A stretch of DNA of 64,000 bases from a virus: IMG/VR virus record IMGVR_UViG_3300025581_000001, positions 1 through 64,000 of that record; one strand, written 5' to 3'. The position numbers were made by a program, and so were the translations under genes. Below, one piece after another: positions 9,818 through 18,766 of this stretch. The notes beneath the pieces are model-generated. The model did not search any database and had not been told where the DNA came from. It was given only the letters and a program-made list of their open reading frames with translations. Position 1 is the stretch's first letter. Every line of letters begins with the position of its first letter.

Positions 9818-10609
9818 ATGAAGCAGGACTCGAAGAAATTCAGTAAGCATATGTCATCAGTGGTAAGAAATGGCTGGCAAGACCCTGCAGTACGTGCTCG
9901 TCGTATCGCTGGGATAAAGAAAAGCTGGGCTTCTGGGAAACGGAACGCTTCACGAAAGTCGGTTGAGAAAAAGATTGCTGCATATTGGACGGAAGCGCAG
10001 CGAGCCAAGCATTCCGAACGGGCGAAGAAGGTTTTGGCATCTTCAGAGGTTAGACGTAATATGCGGCGCGGTCAGCAGCAGCGTTGGTTACGTGAGTCGG
10101 AGCATACTAAGTATCGCAAGAACATGAAGGTCGTCATGTCAGACCCGAAGCTTCGAAGACGCATTTCATTGACAGAGCGCAAGCAGTTTGCTGCTGGAGA
10201 ACGTAAAGTGCCTGTTATGACAGGAGCACGTTTTCATTCGGGCTGGATGAAGAGCAAGAAGGGTGGAGTATTCTTCGCAAGGTCAGGGTGGGAAAAGATC
10301 TTTACTATGCTTCTGGACTCCAGTCGTCTTGTTGAATGCTTCAAGTATGAACCGTTTGTTGTTCAGTACAGGTACGACGGTGTAATGCGTTCGTACTTTC
10401 CCGATTTCTGGGTGCGCTTCCGTAATGGTAAGGAGTTTGTATTCGAACTGAAAGGCTACGAGTGGGGCGGAAGAAGAGAGCAGTGCAAGGCAAAGGCGTG
10501 TGAGAGGTATTGCGGCACTAACGGGATGGAGTTCGTGCGTTTGGCTGGAGAAGACTGCAATAAACTTTTGCGTCGAGGGTCGTTGGCGCTTACGGAGTTG
10601 GTGCAATGA
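9818..10609 (+). CDS. PD-(D/E)XK endonuclease (TnsA-N-like) with basic NUMOD3-like N-terminal repeats; probable homing endonuclease
   Basis: RSGWEK...YEPF...SYFPDFWV...FELKG; Lys/Arg-rich helical repeats; lower GC than flanks. Confidence 0.75.
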   Translation: MKQDSKKFSKHMSSVVRNGWQDPAVRARRIAGIKKSWASGKRNASRKSVEKKIAAYWTEAQRAKHSERAKKVLASSEVRRNMRRGQQQRWLRESEHTKYRKNMKVVMSDPKLRRRISLTERKQFAAGERKVPVMTGARFHSGWMKSKKGGVFFARSGWEKIFTMLLDSSRLVECFKYEPFVVQYRYDGVMRSYFPDFWVRFRNGKEFVFELKGYEWGGRREQCKAKACERYCGTNGMEFVRLAGEDCNKLLRRGSLALTELVQ

Positions 10610-11685
10610 ATCTCCAATCATTGACGGCTAATCGGAAGCTACATGGCAAAACCAATTTTCGTGGTCTTCCAATCAGCATCGAAAATCGTAAAGGCTCTTT
10701 GCGTCAGGGTACTGCTAAGAATGGTAAGCGTTGGCAAACTTTTATCAGAAGTCCGTACGGTTATTTGCGTGGTACGGAAGGGGTGGATGGGGACGCTGTT
10801 GATGTTTTTGTTGGCCCCAACTTGGATGCACCAAATGTTTATATTGTGCATACGCAGGAACCAACTACTGGGATTTACTCAGAGGACAAGTGCATGCTGG
10901 GATTCATGACCGCGCCGGAAGCCAAGCTGGAGTTCCTGCGCAACTACGACTCACCCGGCCATTTCCAGTCAATGGACACCATCCCGTTCGAGGAGTTCCG
11001 CGAGCGCGTGCTGGACGGCGAGATGAAGCGGAAGAAGATCGAGGCGTTCGGAACCAGTGAAGGCGTGAAGAAAGAATGGGACACTCGTGGTCGGGGTCGC
11101 AAGACGTGGGATGAAAAACTTTTGCCACCGAAGATTAACTGGAAGGTGCCTGCCAAGACGCAGAAGGTGTTTGATAAGTACGGAGTCAAGGTTCAGCAAG
11201 TGGATGTTCATAAACTTGTCCCATCCGAATACAGGAAATGGGGAGACGTATACTACGGTAGGGCGGACAAGAAGTACATCAATACGATTCGTCAGGCCAT
11301 GCGTCAAGGAAAAGAAATCTATCCTGTTGAGGTGCAGCCAAGTAAGCGCGGTGGTGGGTTGTTCGATGTCGGGGATGGGCACCATCGAGTGTTAGCCGCG
11401 ATGCTTAATGGCAATAAGTCAGTTACAGTCATGATTCCTCCTAAGAAGTTTTCGGATGCGGCGTTTGAAGAGATGTTAGTGGCGACTCCGAAGAGCAAGT
11501 ACAAGTTCATTAAGGCAGCGGCAGGTATCTCCATCGGCGACGAAGTAGTCGTGAACGGCATCAACTACCGCTGGGTGGTGAAGGGCTTCCGGGGCAAATT
11601 GCTGGTGCTGGAGAAGAAGGGCCAGTTCAACGAGCAGCAGCCAAGGACTATTTTGCGGACAGCGCGACAACTGACGAAAATATAA
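10606..11685 (+). CDS. Polyvalent-type protein: inorganic-pyrophosphatase-like (InPase) domain + GTSEG tag + ParB-like domain
   Basis: GLPISIENRKGS...YGYLRGTEGVDGDAVDVFVGP...EDKCMLGF; tag at 11044-11100; GDGHHRVLAA. Confidence 0.75.
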   Translation: MNLQSLTANRKLHGKTNFRGLPISIENRKGSLRQGTAKNGKRWQTFIRSPYGYLRGTEGVDGDAVDVFVGPNLDAPNVYIVHTQEPTTGIYSEDKCMLGFMTAPEAKLEFLRNYDSPGHFQSMDTIPFEEFRERVLDGEMKRKKIEAFGTSEGVKKEWDTRGRGRKTWDEKLLPPKINWKVPAKTQKVFDKYGVKVQQVDVHKLVPSEYRKWGDVYYGRADKKYINTIRQAMRQGKEIYPVEVQPSKRGGGLFDVGDGHHRVLAAMLNGNKSVTVMIPPKKFSDAAFEEMLVATPKSKYKFIKAAAGISIGDEVVVNGINYRWVVKGFRGKLLVLEKKGQFNEQQPRTILRTARQLTKI

Positions 11686-11928
11686 GAAGGAGGCACTATG
11701 GTAAGCGTTCGATTCAGCCGGGGAAATATGGCAGATGAGGTTTTGGTTACTTGGAGAAAGGTACGATGGAGCATTCGGAGGATACGATGCTTCTGGCCTT
11801 ATTTTCAACTTGTTAACTGGAACAAAAGGCAGAGAGGAGAATTACTATGCAGCTCCTGATTCTGGTTTTGATTCTTCTGCAGAGATTCGGCCTGCACATC
11901 AAGCCGATTGTTGGTTAAGTTGAATCGT

Positions 11929-11951
11929 GGGCGACGATTTACGCGTCGCCC
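11929..11951 (+). other. Intergenic GC-rich hairpin
   Basis: GGGCGACG-ATTTACG-CGTCGCCC. Confidence 0.4.
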
Positions 11952-11982
11952 CATTCTTAGCTTGAACTTTTAGGGAGACTCC

Positions 11983-12168
11983 ATGAAGATGCACCACCTT
12001 GTAGCTGTGGACTGGGTGCGTGAGCCGTCGCGCAACCACGGGCGACGGCCGAAGGCGAGCCCGCCGATGCCAGAGCCGGGCTTCATAAGCGCGAAGTGTG
12101 GTCGCAACAAGTGCTGCGAGTGCTACGCGCTGAAGTGCTCGCATGAGTGCCATAAGAGGGGAGGATGA
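11983..12168 (+). CDS. Small Cys-rich hypothetical protein
   Basis: GGGAG SD; C-terminal C/H cluster. Confidence 0.5.
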   Translation: MKMHHLVAVDWVREPSRNHGRRPKASPPMPEPGFISAKCGRNKCCECYALKCSHECHKRGG

Positions 12169-12950
12169 AACGAGTACTGACAATCCGTGCCGACTTCGCG
12201 GTGGTGCCTCCGGTGGGCAGCGCACATATGGATGTCGTGCCAATTTTCCATCCACCAAGCCTGCGCAATCCGATACCAGTGCCTGTAGACGACCCGAGAG
12301 AAACGTGCGACCGTTTCTTCGACGTGTTCCAGCGCACCAGCCTGCGCACCTGGCGCTACCGCATGGAGCTGCTGCGGCATGCACAGCCGAGCGAGCCTCC
12401 GTGGGCGGTCAAGACGTTGGTCGAGCATCCGATGAGCTACATGAATTTGTGGGGCAGCGCGGACGGTATTGCCAAGGCGGTGCACCGGGTCTACGTGAAG
12501 CGCACCGGCAAGCAGCGAGGGCTGTTCAGTATCGAGCAGGACTTGCGCGAGGCAGTGGAGTCGAGATTCTTGCGGTATGGGGACTGGAGTAAGGAGGTGG
12601 GTGAGCGCATCGACGACTACATCGACGAGCGCATGGGCTACATTGGTAAGAGTTTCAAGGGGCTGAACAGTCCGATGTTCGACGGATCCGATGAGCGTGC
12701 TGAGTCTATCGGCGACTATGAAGATCGTTCAGCACGTAACTTCGGGAGTGCCTTGGGCTGGGAGTTCAGCGATCAGCAGGTTAGCAAGATATGGGTTGCC
12801 GAAGAGGATGCATGCGACGATTGTTTGGACAATGCAGACGAGGGGCCGATACCCGTAGGTGAGGATTTTCCTTCTGGTGATTATGCTCCTCCAGCACATC
12901 CCAACTGCCGATGTACTGTCGAGTATGTCGATGATGAGGAAGAGGAATGA
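12165..12950 (+). CDS. Phage head morphogenesis protein (MuF / SPP1 gp7 family)
   Basis: KIWVAEEDACDDC...FPSGDYAPPAHPNCRC. Confidence 0.85.
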   Translation: MKRVLTIRADFAVVPPVGSAHMDVVPIFHPPSLRNPIPVPVDDPRETCDRFFDVFQRTSLRTWRYRMELLRHAQPSEPPWAVKTLVEHPMSYMNLWGSADGIAKAVHRVYVKRTGKQRGLFSIEQDLREAVESRFLRYGDWSKEVGERIDDYIDERMGYIGKSFKGLNSPMFDGSDERAESIGDYEDRSARNFGSALGWEFSDQQVSKIWVAEEDACDDCLDNADEGPIPVGEDFPSGDYAPPAHPNCRCTVEYVDDEEEE

Positions 12951-14872
12951 AGCCACAACGAGTTGCTAACATCACACTGAACGCGAGCATCGCGGTGCTG
13001 TCCAAAGACCCGCTGGCGGTGCTGCGCAGCTTCGTGCAGGCACATGGAACATCAGAAGGTGTTCGCAAAGCTTGGGATACTCGTGGGCGTGGCAGGAAGC
13101 AGGAGCCCAAGGTCTACGCAACCCACAAAGACATTCGCCAGAGCAGCAACTGGGGCGAGATACAGCACCAGTGGCTTGGCAAAGCCGGGCAGGGCGAGGG
13201 CTCGCTGGTCAAGGGCATCCCCATGACCAAGGAGGAAGTGGTCGCCAAGTATCCGACGCTCTACCACGTGACTACTCATGGTGCGGAAATTCAGGATTCG
13301 GGTTTGCTGCTGGCCGGTTCCGCCGACAACAAGGGGGGACTGGGTAGTTCGAATCAGGCGCGAGCCGTCAGTTTTACCACGAGCCTTGCGGATGCGCACG
13401 ATATCCAGAGTGACATTACGCAGATGATCGAGCTGGCCAAGAATCCCGAGTTTTCTACTCTTGAGAAGCTGGCGCATGATGATGAGAAGCGTAGCGGGCT
13501 GAAAGATGGGGCTCTGGATGCAGCGGTTGCGCAGGCGAGGCGGAACTTTGAAGTGAACTGGGAACAAACAGTAAACAATGGGAAGGCGTCGCCAGAGCGC
13601 AAGGAGTCAGGCCTGAAGGATGCGTACAACATGTACCTGTGGGGCCGTGATAGTGCAGGCGGAGGACAGAACACAATCATCTTCGGCGACCTGAAGGACT
13701 TCAGGAACCTGGATGCTGGTAAGGTGTCGGTGCTCGCGGTGCCGTCGAAGAACATTCCCGACGGTGCGCTGTGCCGCGACGAGGTGAGCAATAAGTTTCT
13801 GCACGAGTTGCAGGTTGATGCTGATGTGCCAGTGGATGGTGTGAAGATACAAGCCTACGGTACCAGTGAGGGAGTTAAGAAAGCTTGGGACACCCGAGGA
13901 CGAAGTACCTATCCGAAGGCATCGGATACAGTAGATGGCCTGCATGTTGGAAAGGACATTCCAAACACGGATTCAATTGCTGCGACTCTTAGTGATAACC
14001 ATGAGATTCAACAGGGCATCCGTGAAGTGCCGATGTCGGAGTTTAACTCGAAGCCGACAGAGATGTTCTACGCGGCAGACGACATACAGCGGACGAAAGA
14101 CTTGGCCGAGCGTATCAAGCAGTCCGGCGAGATAAATCCGCTGATTGTGGTTGTGGACAAGGATGGCCCTTATATCTTGGAAGGGGGTCATCGACTTGGG
14201 GCGTTGAATATACTCAGCAAGCAGAAGTTTCCTGCGCTGGTTGTGCACGACACGTCATCGGACATGGGCATTCAAGCCTACGGGACATCCGAAGGCGTCA
14301 AGAAGGCGTGGGACACCCGTGGCCGGGGCAGACACGAGCAGGCAGCGACCCCGCAGCTGCACGGCCTGGGCAAGATCGGCGACGTGAAGTCGCCGCAGGA
14401 AATCTACAAGGCGTACGGGCAGTGGCGCTCGTACTGGAGCAAGACCGACAACGAGCACGTGCAGGCGACGCACGCCGTGGGCATCATGCGCGACATCGCC
14501 AGCTCCTACGAGAACATGGAGAAGAAGGGCGACAACGACGGCGGCTTCGTGAAGAGCGAGGCCATGCGCGACCAGAAGGGCAACATCGTCGCCGCCGTCG
14601 CGCTGTCCGCCATCGGCAAGGACAACCTGATGCTGGACTACCTGACGGTGCACCCGGCGGTGCTGATGGGCAAGGTCGACGCCAAGGGCGTGGGCACCCG
14701 CATGATGGTCGAGGCTGCGAAGTACGCGCAGTCCGTGGGCAAGGGCATCAAGCTGTTCGCGCTGGAGGGGGCGGAGGGCTTCTACCGCAAGTGCGGCATG
14801 AAGGAGGACGGCGGGGTGTACTCGTTCGATAAGCAGCAGGTGAAGGACTTCGTGGAGAGGGTGGGCAAATGA
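12947..14872 (+). CDS. Tagged polyprotein: tag + possible ADP-ribosyltransferase-like domain + tag + ParB/Srx-like domain + tag + GNAT acetyltransferase
   Basis: Three tags (13040, 13853, 14276); LYHVTT...VSFTT; PLIVVVD...ILEGGHRL; KGVGTRMM...AEGFYRKCG. Confidence 0.7.
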   Translation: MKPQRVANITLNASIAVLSKDPLAVLRSFVQAHGTSEGVRKAWDTRGRGRKQEPKVYATHKDIRQSSNWGEIQHQWLGKAGQGEGSLVKGIPMTKEEVVAKYPTLYHVTTHGAEIQDSGLLLAGSADNKGGLGSSNQARAVSFTTSLADAHDIQSDITQMIELAKNPEFSTLEKLAHDDEKRSGLKDGALDAAVAQARRNFEVNWEQTVNNGKASPERKESGLKDAYNMYLWGRDSAGGGQNTIIFGDLKDFRNLDAGKVSVLAVPSKNIPDGALCRDEVSNKFLHELQVDADVPVDGVKIQAYGTSEGVKKAWDTRGRSTYPKASDTVDGLHVGKDIPNTDSIAATLSDNHEIQQGIREVPMSEFNSKPTEMFYAADDIQRTKDLAERIKQSGEINPLIVVVDKDGPYILEGGHRLGALNILSKQKFPALVVHDTSSDMGIQAYGTSEGVKKAWDTRGRGRHEQAATPQLHGLGKIGDVKSPQEIYKAYGQWRSYWSKTDNEHVQATHAVGIMRDIASSYENMEKKGDNDGGFVKSEAMRDQKGNIVAAVALSAIGKDNLMLDYLTVHPAVLMGKVDAKGVGTRMMVEAAKYAQSVGKGIKLFALEGAEGFYRKCGMKEDGGVYSFDKQQVKDFVERVGK

Positions 14873-16020
14873 GCTTTCTGGACGAACTCGAAGCTGAGGA
14901 ATTGGAGTCGCCACCGCTGGCGCGCAGGCCGAAGGATATTGAAGCCTACGGTACCTCTGAGGGCGTGAAGAAGGAGTGGGACGAAAGAGGGCGTGGACGA
15001 CATGACATGGAATTGATTAAGACCATTACGATTCCTGCTACTTCCAAGAAGGTCAAGCTTTTTCGGGTTGCGCATGGTGGGAACATTGATACTCATAAGT
15101 TTAGTGAGGCCACACGCGACGACTTTTTAACTGTTGCATTTTTGCCGGACAGTAATGAAATGGTGTTTCCTAATTTAGGCCGGAGCTATGGTGTTGCACA
15201 TGCAGACTTTATACCGGAGGTTCTGCCAAACCTTGACAATCCTTATTTGAATGTGGTGCGTGGAATTATCAGTCCATCGTCGCATGAAGCTACGTGGTAC
15301 GATGAGCGCAGTCAGGTTGACGCTATCTCGGGGGGCGACCCCATTCGCGAGCGAACCACCAGCAATACAATGGAGCGCAATCTTGACTTAGCACAAGCCT
15401 TTAAGTTTACGATTGACGGTAAGAAGCCGAAGATAGATGTCAAGGATATCGAAGAGGGGCAGATGGCAGCCGCTGCCGAGCTTCCCGACATCGTTGGCTT
15501 CGACAAGGACGAGGCGCAGGAGATACGCGAGTATCTAATCAAATTTCCCCGCAAGCTGCTGCACCACACCGAGCGGGTGGAGGCCAACCCTGACCTTGGC
15601 GCGTTGCATGGCAAGTGTCTGCCCGACATAAAGACGGTGCAGATCAACCCCGCCAACTTCACGTCGAAGATGAAGTTCGGTACCCACGACCCCGCCGATA
15701 TCGATGAGCATGTACTTGCTCATGAGTTATGTCATGCTCTCTACACGTCGTTATCGGGAGATGAGCAGAAGCGGTGGATGGCGCTGAGTGGCTGGATGAA
15801 GGGGACGAAGAAGGGGCAGGCGCTGCCCTATGTCGAGATACGCCCTGGCTGGCCACACGAGGTGTCGTCGTGGACGCATTCCCCGGATGCCAAGTTCGCA
15901 CGACGTTACCAGAAGAAGAGTCCTAGCGAGGACTTCGCAGATAGTTGTGCATACTACTGCACCGGGAACGGCGACGACTTGCCCAAGGAGAAGAAAGATT
16001 TTATTGCCACGCTGCTGTGA
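14869..16020 (+). CDS. Tagged protein with a C-terminal zincin-like metallopeptidase domain
   Basis: Tag at 14944; HELCH (HExxH) and downstream SEDFADS. Confidence 0.7.
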   Translation: MSFLDELEAEELESPPLARRPKDIEAYGTSEGVKKEWDERGRGRHDMELIKTITIPATSKKVKLFRVAHGGNIDTHKFSEATRDDFLTVAFLPDSNEMVFPNLGRSYGVAHADFIPEVLPNLDNPYLNVVRGIISPSSHEATWYDERSQVDAISGGDPIRERTTSNTMERNLDLAQAFKFTIDGKKPKIDVKDIEEGQMAAAAELPDIVGFDKDEAQEIREYLIKFPRKLLHHTERVEANPDLGALHGKCLPDIKTVQINPANFTSKMKFGTHDPADIDEHVLAHELCHALYTSLSGDEQKRWMALSGWMKGTKKGQALPYVEIRPGWPHEVSSWTHSPDAKFARRYQKKSPSEDFADSCAYYCTGNGDDLPKEKKDFIATLL

Positions 16021-16052
16021 AAATGGCGGCGCGGGTTTTGTATCATGTAGTA

Positions 16053-16166
16053 GGCTGAGGTATATAGCTCAACCCTAGAGCTTATCTTCTAGCGATGATC
16101 TTTGCATTTGAATTCGGGTTCTATGCTAGGCGTGATGCCGATGTAAATGCAGAGTGTGCCTCAGCC
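16053..16166 (+). ncRNA. Candidate structured small RNA
   Basis: 13-bp closing stem GGCTGAGGTATAT/GTGTGCCTCAGCC, inner stem TTTGCATTTG/TAAATGCAGA, starts 7 nt after a TATCAT -10-like box. Confidence 0.45.
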
Positions 16167-16222
16167 CTTAAGTTTTGTATCATGATAGTGAGAGAGTAAA
16201 TCATCAACCAAGAGGAGATAAA

Positions 16223-17149
16223 ATGCAGATTACCATCAGCCCAACAACCGCCAACGTCAAGTTCGGTGGCAAGCAGAAGTTCACAGCGTCCGAGCCGGGA
16301 GTGTTTTCCATTCAGACTGAGATCGGGTCGACCATCGACCAGAACGGCAACTACGTCGCAGGTCAGCCGCAACCAGTGGATGCATCTGGTCAACGAGTGA
16401 ATGACGCCGGGCAAGCACTGAACACTGCCGGTCAACCGGTAAATGCTGCTGGTCAGCCAGTGGATGCTGCTGGTCAACCAATAGTTGGACGAGTGAATGC
16501 TGCCGGTCAACAAGTGGATGCAGCTGGCCAACCAATCGCTGGTCAATCAGTAGCTGGTCAACCAGTACCTGCTGGTCAACGAGTGGATGCAGCTGGTAAA
16601 CCAGTACCTGCTGGTCAACCAGTGAAAACCGGCGACCCGAATTACAACTCGAATCGCAACCCGAATCGCAATCCGAACGACCCGAATTACAACCAGAACA
16701 ATCCGAAACCTGGCGACCCGAACAATCCGAATCGCAACCCGAATCCGACAATGACGTCAGCGAGTGATACCGTGACCGTTACCAGCAGCAAGGAAGGCGG
16801 GATCACGAAGGCGAGTGCTGGCATTAACGTAAGTAACTTACAGCCAAACCAGCAACCCAACCAGCAACCCAACCAGCAACCCAACCAGCAATCCAAGGGG
16901 GCAAGAATGATTACCATCAATCCGACAAGTGCCAACCTCAAGTTCGGTGGCACCCAGAAGTTCACGGCGTCCGAAGGTGCGGTTTTCTCAGTCCAGTCGC
17001 AGAACCGCTCGACCATTGATCTGGACGGCAACTACACTGCAGGCCAGCCGTCGAATGCGACGCAGACGTCGGCGACCGATACGGTGGTTGCCACGAGCAA
17101 GGCGAATGCGAGCGAGAAGGTGAACGCCACCGTTAGCCTCAGCAAGTAA
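16223..17149 (+). CDS. Protein with two Ig-like repeats and low-complexity inserts (possible virion decoration protein)
   Basis: ITISPTTANVKFGGKQKFTASE / ITINPTSANLKFGGTQKFTASE duplicated; GAGGAG SD. Confidence 0.7.
   Translation: MQITISPTTANVKFGGKQKFTASEPGVFSIQTEIGSTIDQNGNYVAGQPQPVDASGQRVNDAGQALNTAGQPVNAAGQPVDAAGQPIVGRVNAAGQQVDAAGQPIAGQSVAGQPVPAGQRVDAAGKPVPAGQPVKTGDPNYNSNRNPNRNPNDPNYNQNNPKPGDPNNPNRNPNPTMTSASDTVTVTSSKEGGITKASAGINVSNLQPNQQPNQQPNQQPNQQSKGARMITINPTSANLKFGGTQKFTASEGAVFSVQSQNRSTIDLDGNYTAGQPSNATQTSATDTVVATSKANASEKVNATVSLSK
16360..16890 (+). repeat. Intragenic tandem repeats (VDAAGQP about 21 nt; NPN/DPN; NQQP 12 nt)
   Basis: Repeated GCTGGTCAACC units and AACCAGCAACCC x3-4. Confidence 0.8.
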
Positions 17150-17156
17150 CGACAAT

Positions 17157-17183
17157 CGGAGGGGTGGTGACCCCCTCCGCTTT
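17157..17183 (+). terminator. Probable terminator hairpin
   Basis: CGGAGGGG-TGGTGAC-CCCCTCCG then CTTT. Confidence 0.6.
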
Positions 17184-17271
17184 GTAGACCGCTCTGCTCG
17201 TTCACATGGCCTACTGATGCCGATACGAGGGTAATCCCACGCCGTCCGAATTAAGAGTGGTCTACAAAGCG
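17178..17271. ncRNA. Candidate structured RNA (18-bp closing stem)
   Basis: CGCTTTGTAGACCGCTCT / AGAGTGGTCTACAAAGCG with one G-U pair; internal small hairpins. Confidence 0.4.
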
Positions 17272-17463
17272 AATCCGAAGGAGAGCAAGAATGGTTATGA
17301 TTGTTGCAATTGTTGCCATCGCAGCAATGTTTATCGTCTCGTGGGTAATCCAACATAATGAGCAAATGCGGGAGTACGACTTGCTCGAAAAAGGTATAAC
17401 ACCAGCGCAAATACGTGGCACGTGGCCGTCCGCCGCGAAGCTTGCTAAACTTGGAGATTTCAA

Positions 17464-17898
17464 ATGATTCTGACCGGAGCGGACATACGGCAGTACATCA
17501 AGCACGGTGGCCTGCGCTTCGAGCCCGAGCTGGACGACGAGCAGTTCCAGCAGAACGGCGTCGACCTGGTGCTGGCCGCTGCGGACATACTGAGGCTCGG
17601 ACACGGGCGTTTCACCTTGGGCGTTACCCGCGAGCGCGTCGAGGTGCCGAACGACCTGATGGCGTTCGTGCAGCTGCGCTCGACCTGGGCGCGGCACGGC
17701 ATCATGCTGCCACCGACCATCGTGGACGCGGGATTTCAAGGCACCCTGACATTGGAGATAGCGTCGTTTGCCGACCCAGCGGAGATGCTGCCCATCGGCG
17801 AGCGTTTCGTGCACTTGATATTCGCTAAGTTGTGTACGCCGACCGCACCTTACGCAGGCAAGTACCAAGGGCAGAGTGGCATCACGGGAGCGAGGTAA
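17464..17898 (+). CDS. dcd: dCTP deaminase (trimeric dUTPase fold)
   Basis: QQNGVDL, TRERVEVPNDL, LRSTWARHG, VDAGFQGTLTLEI, YAGKYQGQ. Confidence 0.85.
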   Translation: MILTGADIRQYIKHGGLRFEPELDDEQFQQNGVDLVLAAADILRLGHGRFTLGVTRERVEVPNDLMAFVQLRSTWARHGIMLPPTIVDAGFQGTLTLEIASFADPAEMLPIGERFVHLIFAKLCTPTAPYAGKYQGQSGITGAR

Positions 17899-18055
17899 GT
17901 TATGGATGAATCAAGAAGGCTATTAGAAAAGGGATTCAATGTCGTTCAGCGGGCTGCAGTAATGCTGCCAGGTGACGCAGGCGTGGGGGATGTTTTTCAT
18001 GCAGTCATGGACTGGTTGAAAGAAACTGAAGACTACTTGAAAATGCCGGTGCCTA

Positions 18056-18757
18056 GTGGCAGCTGAACTCGTCTACATTGTTATTCCCGTTCATTCGCGT
18101 GCTCCATTTGACACTCGTGAGCATCTGCGGCGCTGCGTCGGGACGCTGTGCAACAACACCGACAACTTTCGCGTTGTGTTTGTGGATGATTATTGTGACT
18201 GCGAAGGCAGCGAGTGTATTGCTGAGTTGGCGACACAGTTTCGAGAAAGCTATGTGGTGCGCACCATGAAGCAGCGGTGGTTTACGAGGGCTGTCAACCT
18301 TGGGTTGCGACTGGTGCGCACTCCGTGGGCGGTCGAGGCCAACAGCGACGTGGTGTTCCACCCCGGCTGGCTGGAAGAGTTGTTTGCAGTGCGCGACGAT
18401 GCTGTGGCGCAGGGCAAGAAGGTCGGGTTGGTGGGCAGCGTGTACTCGGCTGACGAGCAGCGGCGCTGGGCAGAGATGCACAAGCCAGATTTTGTCACTG
18501 GACATACGTGGCTGCTGAACATGCAAGCGTTGGAAGAGTGTGCAGCTAAAAGGGGAACGAGTGGCTGGTACCTCGACGAAGTGTCGCCACGCTCGATTCA
18601 CATTTTTTCCGACAATTTCATTTGCTACGAAATGAACGACTTGGGCTGGTCGCCGATTGCATCATTCAAGTCGGCAGTAGGTCACGATGCGGCAGGGGCT
18701 TCTTGGGGGCACCAGCTTGGAGCAATACCATTGCGTCTTACGGATGTGAACGACTAG
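18056..18757 (+). CDS. Glycosyltransferase family 2
   Basis: IVIPVH, VFVDD, FTRAVNLGL, ANSDVV..PGWL. Confidence 0.8.
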   Translation: MAAELVYIVIPVHSRAPFDTREHLRRCVGTLCNNTDNFRVVFVDDYCDCEGSECIAELATQFRESYVVRTMKQRWFTRAVNLGLRLVRTPWAVEANSDVVFHPGWLEELFAVRDDAVAQGKKVGLVGSVYSADEQRRWAEMHKPDFVTGHTWLLNMQALEECAAKRGTSGWYLDEVSPRSIHIFSDNFICYEMNDLGWSPIASFKSAVGHDAAGASWGHQLGAIPLRLTDVND

Positions 18758-18766
18758 GAGGAAAGT

